In this document: piece after piece, positions 13,232 to 24,357 of the stretch
How the letters are laid out: every line of letters starts with the position of its first letter
How positions within the stretch are numbered: position 1 is the stretch's first letter
NCBI GenBank assembly: GCA_038087875.1
Contig: JAXLNO010000230.1
Coordinates: forward strand, 1 to 64,000
DNA: 64,000 bases
From: Malacoraja senta
Taxonomy: Eukaryota
Reading direction: 5' to 3'
Translations under genes and position numbers: made by a program
The notes under the pieces: model-generated
Told to the model about the DNA's origin: nothing
The model's database searches: none
The model's input: only the letters and a program-made list of their open reading frames with translations

Positions 13232-14081
13232 CGTAGTGGGTGCAGCAGCATCTATGGAGCGAAGGGAATAGGCAATGTTTCGGGCTGAAACCCTTCTTCA
13301 GGCTGGGATGGGGGGGGGGGGGGGGGTGGGGGGCGGGGAGAGGAAAGGAGAAAGGAAGAGGAGGAGCCCTAGGGCTGTGGGAGAGCTGAGAATTCTTCCC
13401 TTCCCTCCCGCACCACCCCCTCCCCGGGCACATTGCATTTCCCGCAACCGCAAAAGATGCTACACTTGTCGCTTTACCTCCCCCCTCGACTCCATTCAAG
13501 GACCCAAGCAGTCGTTCCAGGTGCAACAGAGGTTCACCTGCATCTCCTCCAACCTCATCTATTGCATCCGTTGCTCTAGATGTCAGCTGATCTACATCGG
13601 TGAGACCAAGCGTAGGCTTGGCGATCGTTTCGCCGAACACCTTCGTTTGGTCCGCATTAACCAACCTGATCTCCCGGTGGCTCAGCACTTCAACTCCCCC
13701 TCCCATTCCGAATCCGACCTTTCTGTCCTGGGCCTCCTCCATGGCCAGAGTGAGCACCACCGGAAATTGGAGGAGCAGCACCTCATATTCCGCTTGGGCA
13801 GTTTGCACCCTAGCGGCATAAACATTGACATCTCCAATTTCCGGTAGCCCTTGCTGTCTCCTCCCCTTCTCAGCTCTCCCTCAGCCCTCGGGCTCCTCCT
13901 CTTCCTTTCTCCTTTCTTCTCCCCGCCCCCCACCCCACCCTACATCAGTCTGAAGAAGGGTTTTGGCCCGAAATGTTGCCTATTTCCTTTGCTCCATAGA
14001 TGCTGCTGCACCCGCTGAGTTTGTCCAGCACTTCTGTCTACCTTCGATTTTCCAGCATCTGCAGTTTCTTCTTAAACACTC
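13232..14081 (+). mobile_element. Penelope-like element (Neptune-type) 3' part: GIY-YIG endonuclease, with an inverted copy of its 3' end at the left
   Basis: ORF 13275-13847 has RCYTC...NLIYCIRC...YIGET...RFAEH...VAQHF...EQHLI...GIN. About 13237-13391 is the reverse complement of about 13867-14013. TSD ATCTGATTAAA (13221-13231 and 14082-14092). Confidence 0.92.
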
Positions 14082-14155
14082 ATCTGATTAAATTCTTAAT
14101 CATTTACAGAACGATATATTGTCAAAATAGGAACAATAACAATCTCCAATTGTAA

Positions 14156-14465
14156 AATCCCTGTCCCACGGTACGAGTCCATTCCAAGAGTTCTCTCGAG
14201 TTCGTCCTGATTCGAACTCGGAGATTTATGGTAATGGCCACTCGTCGGTACTCGGGGATCTCGTGGACATTGTTCATCATGTTGAAAAATCGTCACGAGT
14301 CTTCCCGTGCTTACCTGCCGTTATCGAGTACCTGCCGTTAGCGCTAAGAGACGTCCCCGAGCTCCGACGTACCCGCTACATTCATTCTCTGTGCTTACCA
14401 TGAGTTTGATTTTTTAAAAACTTGGGAGAGCTCTTGGAATGAACTCGTACCGTGGGACAGGGCTA
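14156..14465. mobile_element. PIF/Harbinger-like MITE
   Basis: Imperfect TIRs of about 45 bp (CCCTGTCCCACGGTACGAG...CTCGTACCGTGGGACAGGG) flanked by TAA. Confidence 0.8.
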
Positions 14466-14489
14466 TAACTCAGTCTGCTATCAATAACT

Positions 14490-15314
14490 CCCCGTCGCGG
14501 CTTCAGCCCCATAAGCCTCCAGAAAACTGGAAGCTTCTTGCGGATTGTTAAAAAATTGGTTGTTACCATTAGGGAGTCATATACATAGTCTAGCTGGTTA
14601 GAGCAAGGCAGGGCTCTTAAACAACTCAGACATTACATTATGGAAAGGCATTCTCAGTCCCATAAGCTCACGGCTGTAATCAGGAACAAACCGAAACTTG
14701 CATCCTTCAAATTCAACCATGCCCAACTTTTTTGCTGCTCGGAGGATATTCTCCTTCATCTGCAGAAAGTGAAACCGAACGATCAGATGTCTCGATTTAT
14801 CTTTGAGACCAGTTTTCTTCCCGACCCTGTGTGCGTTATCCAAAATTGGAAGATTTTCATACTGCTCGATGTTGAAAGTCTCCTTTATCATTTTAGAGAC
14901 ATATTTTATAACATTATCCCCTTCTTGACCTTCAGGCAAACCAACAATTCGCAGATTCAGTCGACGGCTTCTGTTTTCCAGATCCATGTTTTTAGTCTTG
15001 TATTGCTTGAGTGCCCGAGTATTTTCGTTCATTTGCCGTTCCAGTATTTCAATCTTCAAATTTCTTTCCTGACCCAAGGTTCGCAAGTTATCAATTTGTT
15101 CCTTCTGTTCACGAGATTCATCTTGTAACATAATCAGCTTGTCTTGAACTTCCTTCAATTTGCTCGAAATTCCTTTCATCATTTCTTACAAACCGCAGAA
15201 TCTTGTGTTCATTTCTCCGTTCATTTTCAATATTGCTTCTAAGATACCAGAGTCAGAGGCAGCGCCTTCCCCACGCTCCTTCCTTGGAGAAGCTTTTTTT
15301 GCTCTTGTCTCCAT
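14490..15314 (-). pseudogene. L1 ORF1 remnant (coiled coil, RRM, CTD)
   Basis: METRAKK start; DLENRSRRLNLRIVGLPEG, AHR, FVPDYS motifs; in-frame stop near 15187. Confidence 0.88.
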
Positions 15315-16630
15315 CCTTTACACGATTGAAGCGTATAAAAGTGTTATCAACACTTTAAAAAAGGTTAGACCGTGTCTTGAAATCAAGCAATAACAAGTAA
15401 TATTGAAAGAGTGGTAAGCAAGGAGTTAAAAATTAAGGGAGCAAACGACCATTACAACCTTACAGCATGCTGCCACTAGGAGAGTCCCACAAGATTCTCG
15501 AACATATAATCCACCGACATATTATGGACCATATTGACTTCCACAAGATACTAACAAACCACCAACATGGCTTTAGACAGGGTCAATCAAGTGAAACCGC
15601 ATTGACGGGACTCATCGACGATCTAGCCAGGTCACTTGATAACAAGGGTCAGACTGACCTGATTATATTAGACTTTAGTAAGGCTTTTGATAAGGTTCCC
15701 CATAAGCGGCTCCTGTACAAGCTCAACCATGTAGGAATTGACGGCAACCTCTAAAAATGGGATTGAGATCTTTTTGACAAGGAGACACCAGTGAGTTCTC
15801 TTGGGGGGGTGGGGGAGAGACGTCTATTAAAACTTCTGTGACATCAGGTGTACCACAGAGGACTGTCATGGGTCCATTGCTCTTCCTACTGTATATCAAT
15901 GACATTCCAAATGCAGTTTCGTCCAGAGTTCGACTCTTCGCAGATGATGCCATAATTTATAGAGAGATTAAAACACCAGAAGACAGCTTGTCCTTACAGA
16001 AGGATCTGGATGCTCTCTGTGAGTGGGGAAAAACCTGGCAGATGTCATTCAGTACAACCAAATGTCATACCATGCATGTCTCACACAAGATCAAACCACT
16101 TTTATCGGAATACAAAATGGATTGCCATACATTGCTTGCTGTCGACCATCACCCATATCTAGGAGTCGAATTAAGCAAAGATTTAAGTTGGGTGACGCAT
16201 ATTAATCAAGTGTCTAACAAGGCAAATAGAACTCTCGGGCGACTCAAGAGAAATTTTCACGCATGTAGTACATCCGTCAAAGAGAACGCCTGCCTACAAG
16301 TCCTTGGTCAGGCCCAAATTGGAGTATTGTGGAGCCGTATGGGGTCCTTTCAACAAGATCACCCTGGAGAAAGTACAACGCCAAGCAGCCCGCTTTGTAT
16401 GTAATGACTACAAGCGCAAATCAAGCGTGAATAATATGCTGACTTCTCTCGGATGGGATACCCTAGAGCTCCGCAGAATCAGGCTAAGACATTGCAATTT
16501 ACAAGGAGATTCACGAAACCCTGTCTGAAGAAGGGTTTCGGCCTGAAACGTTGCCTATTTCCTTCGCTCCATAGATGCTGCCGCACCCGCTGAGTTTCTC
16601 CAGCACTTTTGTCTACTCACAAAATCAACC

Positions 16631-17130
16631 ATGCTTGCTGTGTCGGGGGCCGCCTGCGGGGGCGGTGTGGAGCGGTGCGTGTTTGCTGTGCCGGTTGCGG
16701 CTGCAGGGGGCGCTGTGGAGCGACCTGTGCCGGGGGCTGCCTGCGGGGGCGGTGTGGAGCGGTCCATGGTTGCTGTGCCGGGGCCTGCCTGCGGGGGCGC
16801 TGCCAAGTCCGGGCCGCAGTGCGCGTGCGCGGGGCCCACTCCGTCACCAGCTGGCGGCGGAGAGCGAGTAGAGCGGAGCCGTGGCCGAGTCCGTCGCGTC
16901 CCAGCCCTCAGCGTAAGTGACGGCCTCGGCCGGAGCAAGGAGCGGGGAGAGCAGCGCCGCGCCGCGCGGACTGTCCGCGTCCCCGGGGGGGAGGAAGGGG
17001 CGGGGCGGCCATTGGGTGCAGGCCTCGGGCTCCGGTGCCGCCCATCCTAGGGTTGGGTGGCGCTTGTCGCCGGGAGCGGAGCGGCGAGGAGCAGTCCCGT
17101 CCGCAGCTGGTGGTGGGCCGCTGGTCACCG
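16631..17130 (+). promoter_or_regulatory. CpG island, putative KDM4 promoter and non-coding first exon ending at 16912
   Basis: Very CpG-rich. NRF1-like TGCGCGTGCGC at about 16820, GC box GGGGCGGGG at about 16997, donor CAGC|GTAAGT at 16912/16913. The link to KDM4 is inferred from the usual KDM4 gene structure. Confidence 0.55.
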
Positions 17131-18448
17131 ATTACTGGACACCAGCTGAGCTGCCGACAGCAGCCCACAACCCCCACGGTCCCTGCACTCGTCAGCCCCT
17201 CAATCAACATGACTGGATCCCCATCCAGGAGACTGCAGATGCTGGAATCTGCAGCAAAAATAAACAAATTGCAGGAGAAAAATATGAAGTGCCTTCTTCA
17301 AACTCTTTGCCAACTTTTCTCCTCCCTACTACAATCAGTCTGAAGCAGGGTCCCGATCCAAAACGTCCCATGTCCATGTTCTCCACCCATTCTGCCTGAC
17401 CCGCCGTTACTCCTGCTCAAGATTTCAGCATCTGCAGTTCCTTGTGTCTCCATCAAACTGCGGGAGAAACTTGTTTGTACCAAAACATTAGGTTAAAAAT
17501 TTGATTCACTATTGTAAAGAAGTTATTCGTGTAAGATACTGAAATGGTTAAATCTGGAGATGTCACCGTTGGCCCTTCATCATGGGGACCACAAGAGATT
17601 GCACCTGCTGCAAATTTGAACAAAAAGACACTTTCATCAGACTAAAGAAGGGTCCTGACCTAAAGTCATTTGTCCATTCCCCTTCACAGATGCTGCCTGA
17701 CCTGCTGAGTTCGTCGTAGATTGTTATTTTGCTCGAGATTCCAACATCTGTAGTCTCTTGTATCTTAATTATTGTATAATGGACCGAGAAACTTTTTAAA
17801 TCAGCACATTATGCCTAAGGTATTTTGGTAAGCTAATCACAGACTTCCTGTTGTTTCATTGGCAGTTACAAATAGGACTGTTGACGTTACCCTGAATGAT
17901 CTAGCCCTTATATGTAAATTACATATGTTTAACTTTGCATGTTAAGGAGCTAGCTGATTGATTTTATTTTTGAATTGGTTAAATTAATTATTGTTAGTGA
18001 ATTGAGGATTTGATTTGAAATAGATTTGGCTTATGCTTTCAAAAGCAAATCTCAAATCATTTATAAGTATACTGAAGTTGGAAATAAGAATAAGCAAAAA
18101 GACCAAATCTTGGAAACTGGATGCAAAATTAAAAGTACTGAAGGTAGACAATAAATAACTTGATATTTGTAAACAAAATATCTCAGATTTACACTGGGTT
18201 GTGTCAATTTATTAAATACACTTTTGAAAGGTTGAGTCCCTGTAATTAGTTTCTCAGTGATATTGACAAGTACTGTTTAGTAAACAGAGTACTTAGTTTT
18301 TCAAAAGAAATGGTTCGGCTGATTATTTCATTTGTAATACTATTGAAGTCCATAGTGTCTTCTAATATCTTGATGGGTTGTCATTGTTTTCAAATCTTGC
18401 AGTAGTATTTCAGAGAGTTGACTTTGTTTATAGTCAGTTTTCCTGATG

Positions 18449-18951
18449 CAGGTAGTTCTGCTATAACACAGACACCTTCTTAAGAAACCACGTGTTGGAG
18501 AAAATCACATTGCAAAAACAATTACGTCAATTTGGAGGCGGAGGGAGGGGTGGGTGGAGTGTGAGGGTTTTCAAAGATAAAGGTCTATTTCATAGGTATT
18601 CATTTATTTTTTGTTGTAAGCTAAAAATACTAAAGCCATATGTTAAATTATTTAATTGAGTATCATTGCACAAGTGTCAATAGATTTAATTGTTTGTCAA
18701 TTTCAATGTGAACCCACTGTTAAAATAGCATCTATGTTCTTAAGAGATGATGGCGTCTCATTACCGCAATGAAACGGTCACCCCCCCCCCTCTATCGCAT
18801 ACTGTTTAAATTGAAAGCAGCTTTTTTCTTGCTTATATTCATGTGCATTATAACTAATTTGCCAGCATAATCCAAATATTATTCCCTAATGCATAACTTG
18901 CATTATATCTGATTGGTGTTATGGAAAAACGTTATAGCAAAATGTAGTTTG
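18449..18951. mobile_element. Old Tigger/pogo-like MITE
   Basis: Left end CAGGTAGTTCTGCTATAAC and degenerate inverted right end GTTATAGCAAAATGTAGTTTG. Related internal sequence at about 25205-25345. Confidence 0.4.
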
Positions 18952-19184
18952 AAATACATATATTTTGGAGGGATTGGTTCCTTTAAGCATATGAAGTTAT
19001 AGCTGAGACAAACAGAAAGCAGTATTACTCTTGAATGACTTAACTGAACATTGAAATTACATTTGACATTAGCTATAATTTCAAATGATGACATTTCAAC
19101 CAGTAACTACTAACACAGGAAAGTGATTGCATCGGCAAGATAAATTCCCTGGTGAATTTGTGGTTCAGCAGAGAATCTCTGTAC

Positions 19185-19484
19185 TTAGTTTAGTTTAGAG
19201 ATACAGCATGGAAACGGGCCCTTCGGCCCACCAAGTCCATGCCGACCATCCATTTTCATTCACACGTTCCATGTTACTCTGCTGTCTCATCCATTCCCTG
19301 CACACTAGGGGCGATTTAAAGAGGCCAGAGGGATGTGGGAGGAAACCGGATCACCCGAAGGAAGTCTATGAGGTCACAGGGAGAACGTGCAAACTCCGCA
19401 CAGACAACACCCAAGGTCCGAATCGAACCCGGGTGTCCGGTGCTGTGAGGCAGCAGTTCTACCAGTGGCACCACTGTGCCGCCC
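19185..19484 (-). mobile_element. HE1/V-SINE (tRNA-derived SINE)
   Basis: Minus strand: GGGCGGCACAGTGGTGCCACTGG (A-box region), GGTTCGATTC (B box), central GGTTTCCTCCCAC domain, (CTAAA)n tail. Confidence 0.85.
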
Positions 19485-20379
19485 TTTGTCGAATAACTTG
19501 CAGACTGGTTGAGATTTGTGTTGATTTGCATTCTCTTGCATCTCATTTGGACAGCTTCTTTGTTGCCACCATTTCTTTGCAATAGTTAATATACTTTGTG
19601 ACCTGCTAATTTTAAATTGGCAAGGCTTGTGGACAAGCTGGTTTGAGCTGTTTTATGCTGCCAGTATTTTGCGACATATTAAAATTTTACTTAATTATCT
19701 TGTTTCTAACATTCAGTTGGAATATGTTTTAGATTACTGATTTTAGATTACTGATGAACGATGTTCCAATGAAGAGTCTTTGACCTGAAATATTAACTGG
19801 AGGAACTGCAAAGGTTTTGCTAAATTGGTTTCAACTTACTCAATGGGCTAGATTTTGCAGTCATTTCCCATTCAATAGTGTGTGCGTTAGATTTGTCATG
19901 CAAACTTCAACTTTAAAATGTCACCAAAAATGTAGCTGATAATTTTGCAGAATTTGGGATCTGATGCAAGATCACTGATTCAAAATATTTCTTGTTTCTT
20001 TCTACAGATGCCACCTACTGGCTGAGTATTTCCAGCTTTTTTTTTTCATTTTAGATTTTCAGCATCTGCTTTATTGTACTTTTGTATTGAAGAATTGTAA
20101 ACACAAAATAACTGCAGCAGGTTTAGTACCTGCAGCAACTTGGTGAGATTCATTACATGCGGCAATGTGGCTGAAAGAGAAATACAGTTTTTCGTGTAGG
20201 TAAAGACAGAGTGATGTAACTTAGCCAAGAACTGTTGGGAATTGTCAGTTAAATGCTCATTTCCCTCTTGCCTAAAGTGGTTGTACTGTTTACAATGAAT
20301 TGTGGTTGGTATCATAAGCTGGAGATGTTTTGAGATAATTCTTTTTGCTAAGTGTTGAATAGAATATATAGGTTCAAGT

Positions 20380-21417
20380 TCATTGTCGACTCTTATACAT
20401 CGGCGAGACCAAACACAGATTAGGCAATCGCTTCGTGGACCACCTTCGCTCACTCCGCCTGAAGCAACCTGATCTCTCCCAGTTGCTGGACACTTTAATT
20501 CTCCTTTCCATTCCTATACAGACCTTTCTGTCCTCGGTCGCTTCCATTGCTAGAGTGAGGCTAAATGCAAATTGGAGGAACAGCATCTCATATTTCGCTT
20601 GGGCAGCTTACAGCCCAGTGGTATGAATATTGATTTCTTTCACTTCAGGTAGCCCCGGCATTCCCTATCTCTCTCTCTCTCTCTCTATCCCTCCCCCACC
20701 CAAGTCGCACTAGCTTCTCATTTTTACCCTACAAACAGCTTACAATGGCCTATTTCCTTTATCATAGTTACTTTTTTGCATATCTTTCATTCATTGTTCT
20801 TTTTTTCTCCACATCGCCGTCTATATATTTTGGGCAGTGAGCAGGTGCTATAGACCTGCACGGGAAGGTAGACACTCCCATCCCCATGAGTCTTGGGCAG
20901 ATGGGGCTCGTCAGCCTGGGAATGCAGTCCATCTAGGGAAAATTCTGATTTAAAACCTTCACTACCTTGGGGCCATATCCAGTCATGGAAAAGGCTCCTG
21001 GAGTAAACCTCAAGAAAATCTGGAGTTGGAGCCCCTAAGGCACTTCGTCGTTGTCTACAACCTCGCTCTGGCAGCTCCTGCGACGGCGCTGGTGCCAAAC
21101 TGTAATGAACCTGCTGTTCCTTTGGATCGATCAGCGACGTGGAGAGGGGGGACGTGCTGCATGGGCAACAGCCTGTCCTTCATATGACATCGCCCAGGCT
21201 TGCATCCGACCACACAATCCTGCAAACTAGGATGCATCACCCATGGTCAGTCATGACCGGGGGGGGGGGGCCTTACTATTACACCGTCTATATCTCTTGT
21301 TTATCTCTCCCTTATCCCTAACCAGTCTGAAGGGGCTCGACCCGAAACGTCACCCATTCCTTCTCTCCAGAGATGCTGCCTGTCCCGCTGAGTTACTCCG
21401 GCTTTTTGTGTCTCTTC
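20380..21417 (+). mobile_element. Penelope-like 3' fragment (GIY-YIG remnant plus tail), interrupted at 20827-21283
   Basis: YIGETKHRLGNRFVDHLR remnant homologous to 13590-13850; ends in the GACCCGAAACGTCACC...GATGCTGCC tail. Confidence 0.85.
20827..21283 (+). mobile_element. Non-coding, probably RTE-related non-autonomous retroelement
   Basis: 10-bp TSD CCGTCTATAT (20817-20826 and 21284-21293); short TACTATTAC tail. The RTE assignment is from recalled similarity to RTE 5' regions. Confidence 0.6.
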
Positions 21418-21840
21418 AGAATATATAGGTTGTTCTGCTACAAGATAATCTACTCAATGTATTACCTTGAAGAAGTTCTCTCTCCAACGAGAGTCCAGCA
21501 ACATCTTCTCTTACTGCTCTCCCTCTGTGATTACTCCAGCTCTCCGACTCTACGAACAATGATCTATCCTATATTTTTCTTGATCTCCATCCCCTTTGCC
21601 CTGTTTTCACACATTCACACTTCCTTTATCTATCTATCTGCCTTCCCCCTGACAGTCTGTAGGGCTCTCGCTTAACTTTTTTTCCCTGTTGCCAGCCGGG
21701 CAACCTTGACAGCTTTTTAGGTTGCCAAATGACAGTTTAGGTGGTCATTGAAGACGGTTTGCATGACGCGTGCGATAATGTGCTAGGACGAAGTGCGTAG
21801 TTACCAGTCGGAATTATGCTCAATGAAGCATTCGCATATT

Positions 21841-22060
21841 ATGTTCAAGAAGGAACTGCAGATGCTGGAAAATCGAAGGTAGACAAAAGTGCTGGAGAAA
21901 CTCAGCGGGTGCAGCAGCATCTATGGAGCGAAGGAAATAGGCAACGTTTCAGGCCGAAACCCATCAGTCTGAAGAAGGGTTTTGGCCCGAAACGTTGCCT
22001 ATTTCCTTTCGCTCCATAGATGCTGCCGCACCCGCTGAGTTTCTCCAGCACTTTTGTCTA
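21841..22060. mobile_element. Inverted pair of Penelope-derived tail units
   Basis: About 21879-21963 is the reverse complement of about 21977-22061. Probable TSD CATTCGCATATT / CATTCACATGTT (2 mismatches). Confidence 0.85.
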
Positions 22061-22839
22061 CATTCACATGTTTTTTTCTGTTTCAAATAACTCACAAACT
22101 AAACATATTCACCAATCAAGACATGATATATACCACAATGACATGCAGCAAAATTATAATACAATATCTCAACTCTTTTTACACATTGCAATTAATGCAA
22201 TTTCTATTAGTTCTTTCCACTTCCAAACAAAAATGTGGTTGGATTATTCAGCATATGATCAACCTGCGTCAATAAAATCCTGGACCATGGTAACATATAT
22301 GCTTAACCATACACACTACAGATTGATGCAAGCATGTTTTCTGTGAAGGACCGAAAATTACCATGACATGGCCATAGCATGGGTCGTTATTGCTATTGGC
22401 ACAGAAACACACTGGCTTCCCACATAATTTATCCATAACAAAATATACAGGTTGCAAGAAATTTCTAAAGGCATTTTATGATAATAGCTGATAAAACCGA
22501 CTATCCCCATCTGACAGGTTAAACATTACACGAACTGACAAGATATGGCCAAAGGACATAACTGCAGCAAATGTTCTTTTGGTAATATGTTTAAAGGTGT
22601 CAAAACAAATAATAACATTGTGAATTAAAACACATTTGATTACATTCCGTTATCAAACATAATCAATGTTCGCTCTGAAGACCATGAAGCACAATAGGGT
22701 CGGGGGTGTGTGAATCAGTGTGGGGTGGATAGATGGCGGGGGGGTTGAGAAGGCAATCTGTGCGGAATGGATGGATTGAGGCAGGTGAATTAGTACGTGT
22801 TGGTTGGATTATGTAAAATTGTGAGGGGAGAGCACGGGG

Positions 22840-23400
22840 GATGTCAGTGGTGTTGAATTGGGGGATCAGTATGGGATGGATGGGGGGATCAGTATAGGAT
22901 GAAAGGGGGTTCAGTACAGGATGAATGGGGGTAGACAAAAATTGCTGGAGAAATTCAGCGGGTGAGGCAGCATCTATGGAGCTAAGGAAATAGGCAACGT
23001 TTCGGGTCGAGACCCTTCTTCAGACTGTTCCCCCCATTCTTCTTGAATGGGGGATCAGTACAGGATGGTTGGGGGGATCAGCACAGGATGAATGGGGGGG
23101 ATCAGTACAGGTGAATTGGGGGGGGGTCAGGACAGTGTGGATCAGAGGGTCTATGCAGGATGAACGGGGGATCACTACAGGATGAATGAGGGTTCAGTAC
23201 AGGATGAATGGAGATCAGTAAAAGATGAATGGGGAGTCACTGCAGGATGGATGGGGGGGATTGGTGCAGGGTAAATGGAGGGTGGGTCAGTACGGGATGA
23301 ATGGGTGGATCAGTGCAGTATGAATGGGGGAGAAGTGCAGGATGGATGGGAAGGGGGGTCAGTACAGGATGAATTGGGGGACCAGTGTAGGATGGATGGG
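22840..23400. repeat. Degenerate ~22-24-bp minisatellite (GGGGATCAGTACAGGATGAATG), interrupted by a Penelope tail unit at about 22931-23026
   Basis: More than 12 recognisable units. Confidence 0.85.
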
Positions 23401-23760
23401 GGGGTGGCAGGAGAATCAATGCGAGGTGGGTAGGGTAATGAATAGATTGGGGGGGAGGGTAGATGGGGAGGGGAGCACAGGGGATGTCAGTGAGGACTGA
23501 ATAGAGGAGAGAATGGGGATCGGTGCGGGATGGAGAGGGGTCCCAGGATAAGAGGGGTGGAGGGGGGCGTACAAGAGAGAGAGAGAGAGGGGGGGGAAGG
23601 GGCAGAGGAGGTGGGGAGGAAGGAAGGTCAGCGCTCCTCGGACAACATCGCCCCGCTGCCTTGGCCGTCCCTGTCCAACGCCAAAGTGCCGCCGCCTCCT
23701 CGCCACCGTCTCCCCTCCTCCGCCAGCCGACAGGAAGGTGCGGGGCCGAGCGGTGCAGCT

Positions 23761-23788
23761 CAAAGATCCTATAGCTGTAGGATCTTTG
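23761..23788. mobile_element. 28-bp TIR-only palindromic insertion with 8-bp TSD (related to 632-663)
   Basis: CAAAGATCCTATAG-CTGTAGGATCTTTG (one mismatch) flanked by GTGCAGCT at 23753-23760 and 23789-23796. Confidence 0.85.
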
Positions 23789-23804
23789 GTGCAGCTGCTT
23801 CAGA

Positions 23805-24029
23805 CGGTGGAAGGAGACCTCCCTCTCCCTCCCTCCCTCCCGGCCTCGGCGTGCGAGAGGGGTTGGTTTGAAAGCACCGTTAGCGGAGTTGCAAGCAGCG
23901 ACCGTTATCAGGGCGATAGGAGCCGCTGATGGCAAATCCGCAAAAGGCGCTTTCAAAACACCCCCTCTCGCACGTCGAGGCCGGGAGGAGGGGGGGGGGA
24001 GGGAGGGAGAGGGAGGCCTCCTTCCGCCG
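23805..24029. repeat. Long imperfect foldback (about 225 nt, arms about 110 nt, very short loop)
   Basis: CGGTGGAAGGAGACCTCCCTCTCCC...TTTGAAAGCACC pairs with GGCGCTTTCAAA...GGGAGAGGGAGGCCTCCTTCCGCCG. Confidence 0.85.
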
Positions 24030-24357
24030 GGCGGGGGGTGGGAGGAGGAGGCGGTGGAGCCGCTGTCGCGGCCGCTGTTCGACGCCCGTCATTCGCCCCG
24101 ACCCTTCGTCACCACGCACGTAGTATCTTTGACCCGCAATCAAATATACTAGAGGAATACAGCCGCCGACCCGAAACGTCAGTTCCTATTCGCCGGAGAT
24201 GCTGCCTGACCCACGGAGTTACTCCAGTTTTTTGCGTCTACCGGTATAAACCAGTATTTGGGTGCCAAGCCGGGCAAAATGAGTCGGCGTTTAGGTTGCC
24301 TGGGGGCACTTTCTGTGGTCAATGGCACCCGGGCAACCGCTAATTTCGAGCCTTGGT

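Larger units (their letters stand above)
5573..15489 (-). mobile_element. Full-length but degraded L1-clade LINE carrying four nested insertions
   Basis: 10-bp TSD CAAGATTCTC (5563-5572 and 15490-15499); ORF1 and ORF2 remnants on the minus strand; A-rich tail at the left end. Confidence 0.93.
5250..16521 (+). mobile_element. CR1/L2-group RT fragment of a separate family, split by the L1 insertion (pieces 5250-5572 and 15490-16521)
   Basis: Left piece reads KASGPDQIP...NYRPVSLTSIPCKIL. Right piece continues EHIIHRHIMDH...QHGF...LDFSKAFDKVPH...GVPQ...LFADD. The pieces join through the duplicated CAAGATTCTC. Confidence 0.85.
21660..24355. mobile_element. Non-autonomous hAT-like DNA transposon with an apparent 5-bp TSD, inserted into a Penelope-derived tail
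   Basis: Termini TAGGGCTC...GAGCCTTG; subterminal GCCGGGCAA and TTTAGGTTGCC motifs at both ends; GTCTG duplicated (21655-21659 and 24356-24360). Removing it restores CAGTCTGAAGAAGGGTCTCGACCC. Confidence 0.7.

Noticed and set aside
19400..19484. tRNA-like sequence on the minus strand
   Set aside because: It is the tRNA-derived head of a SINE, continuous with the SINE core and tail.
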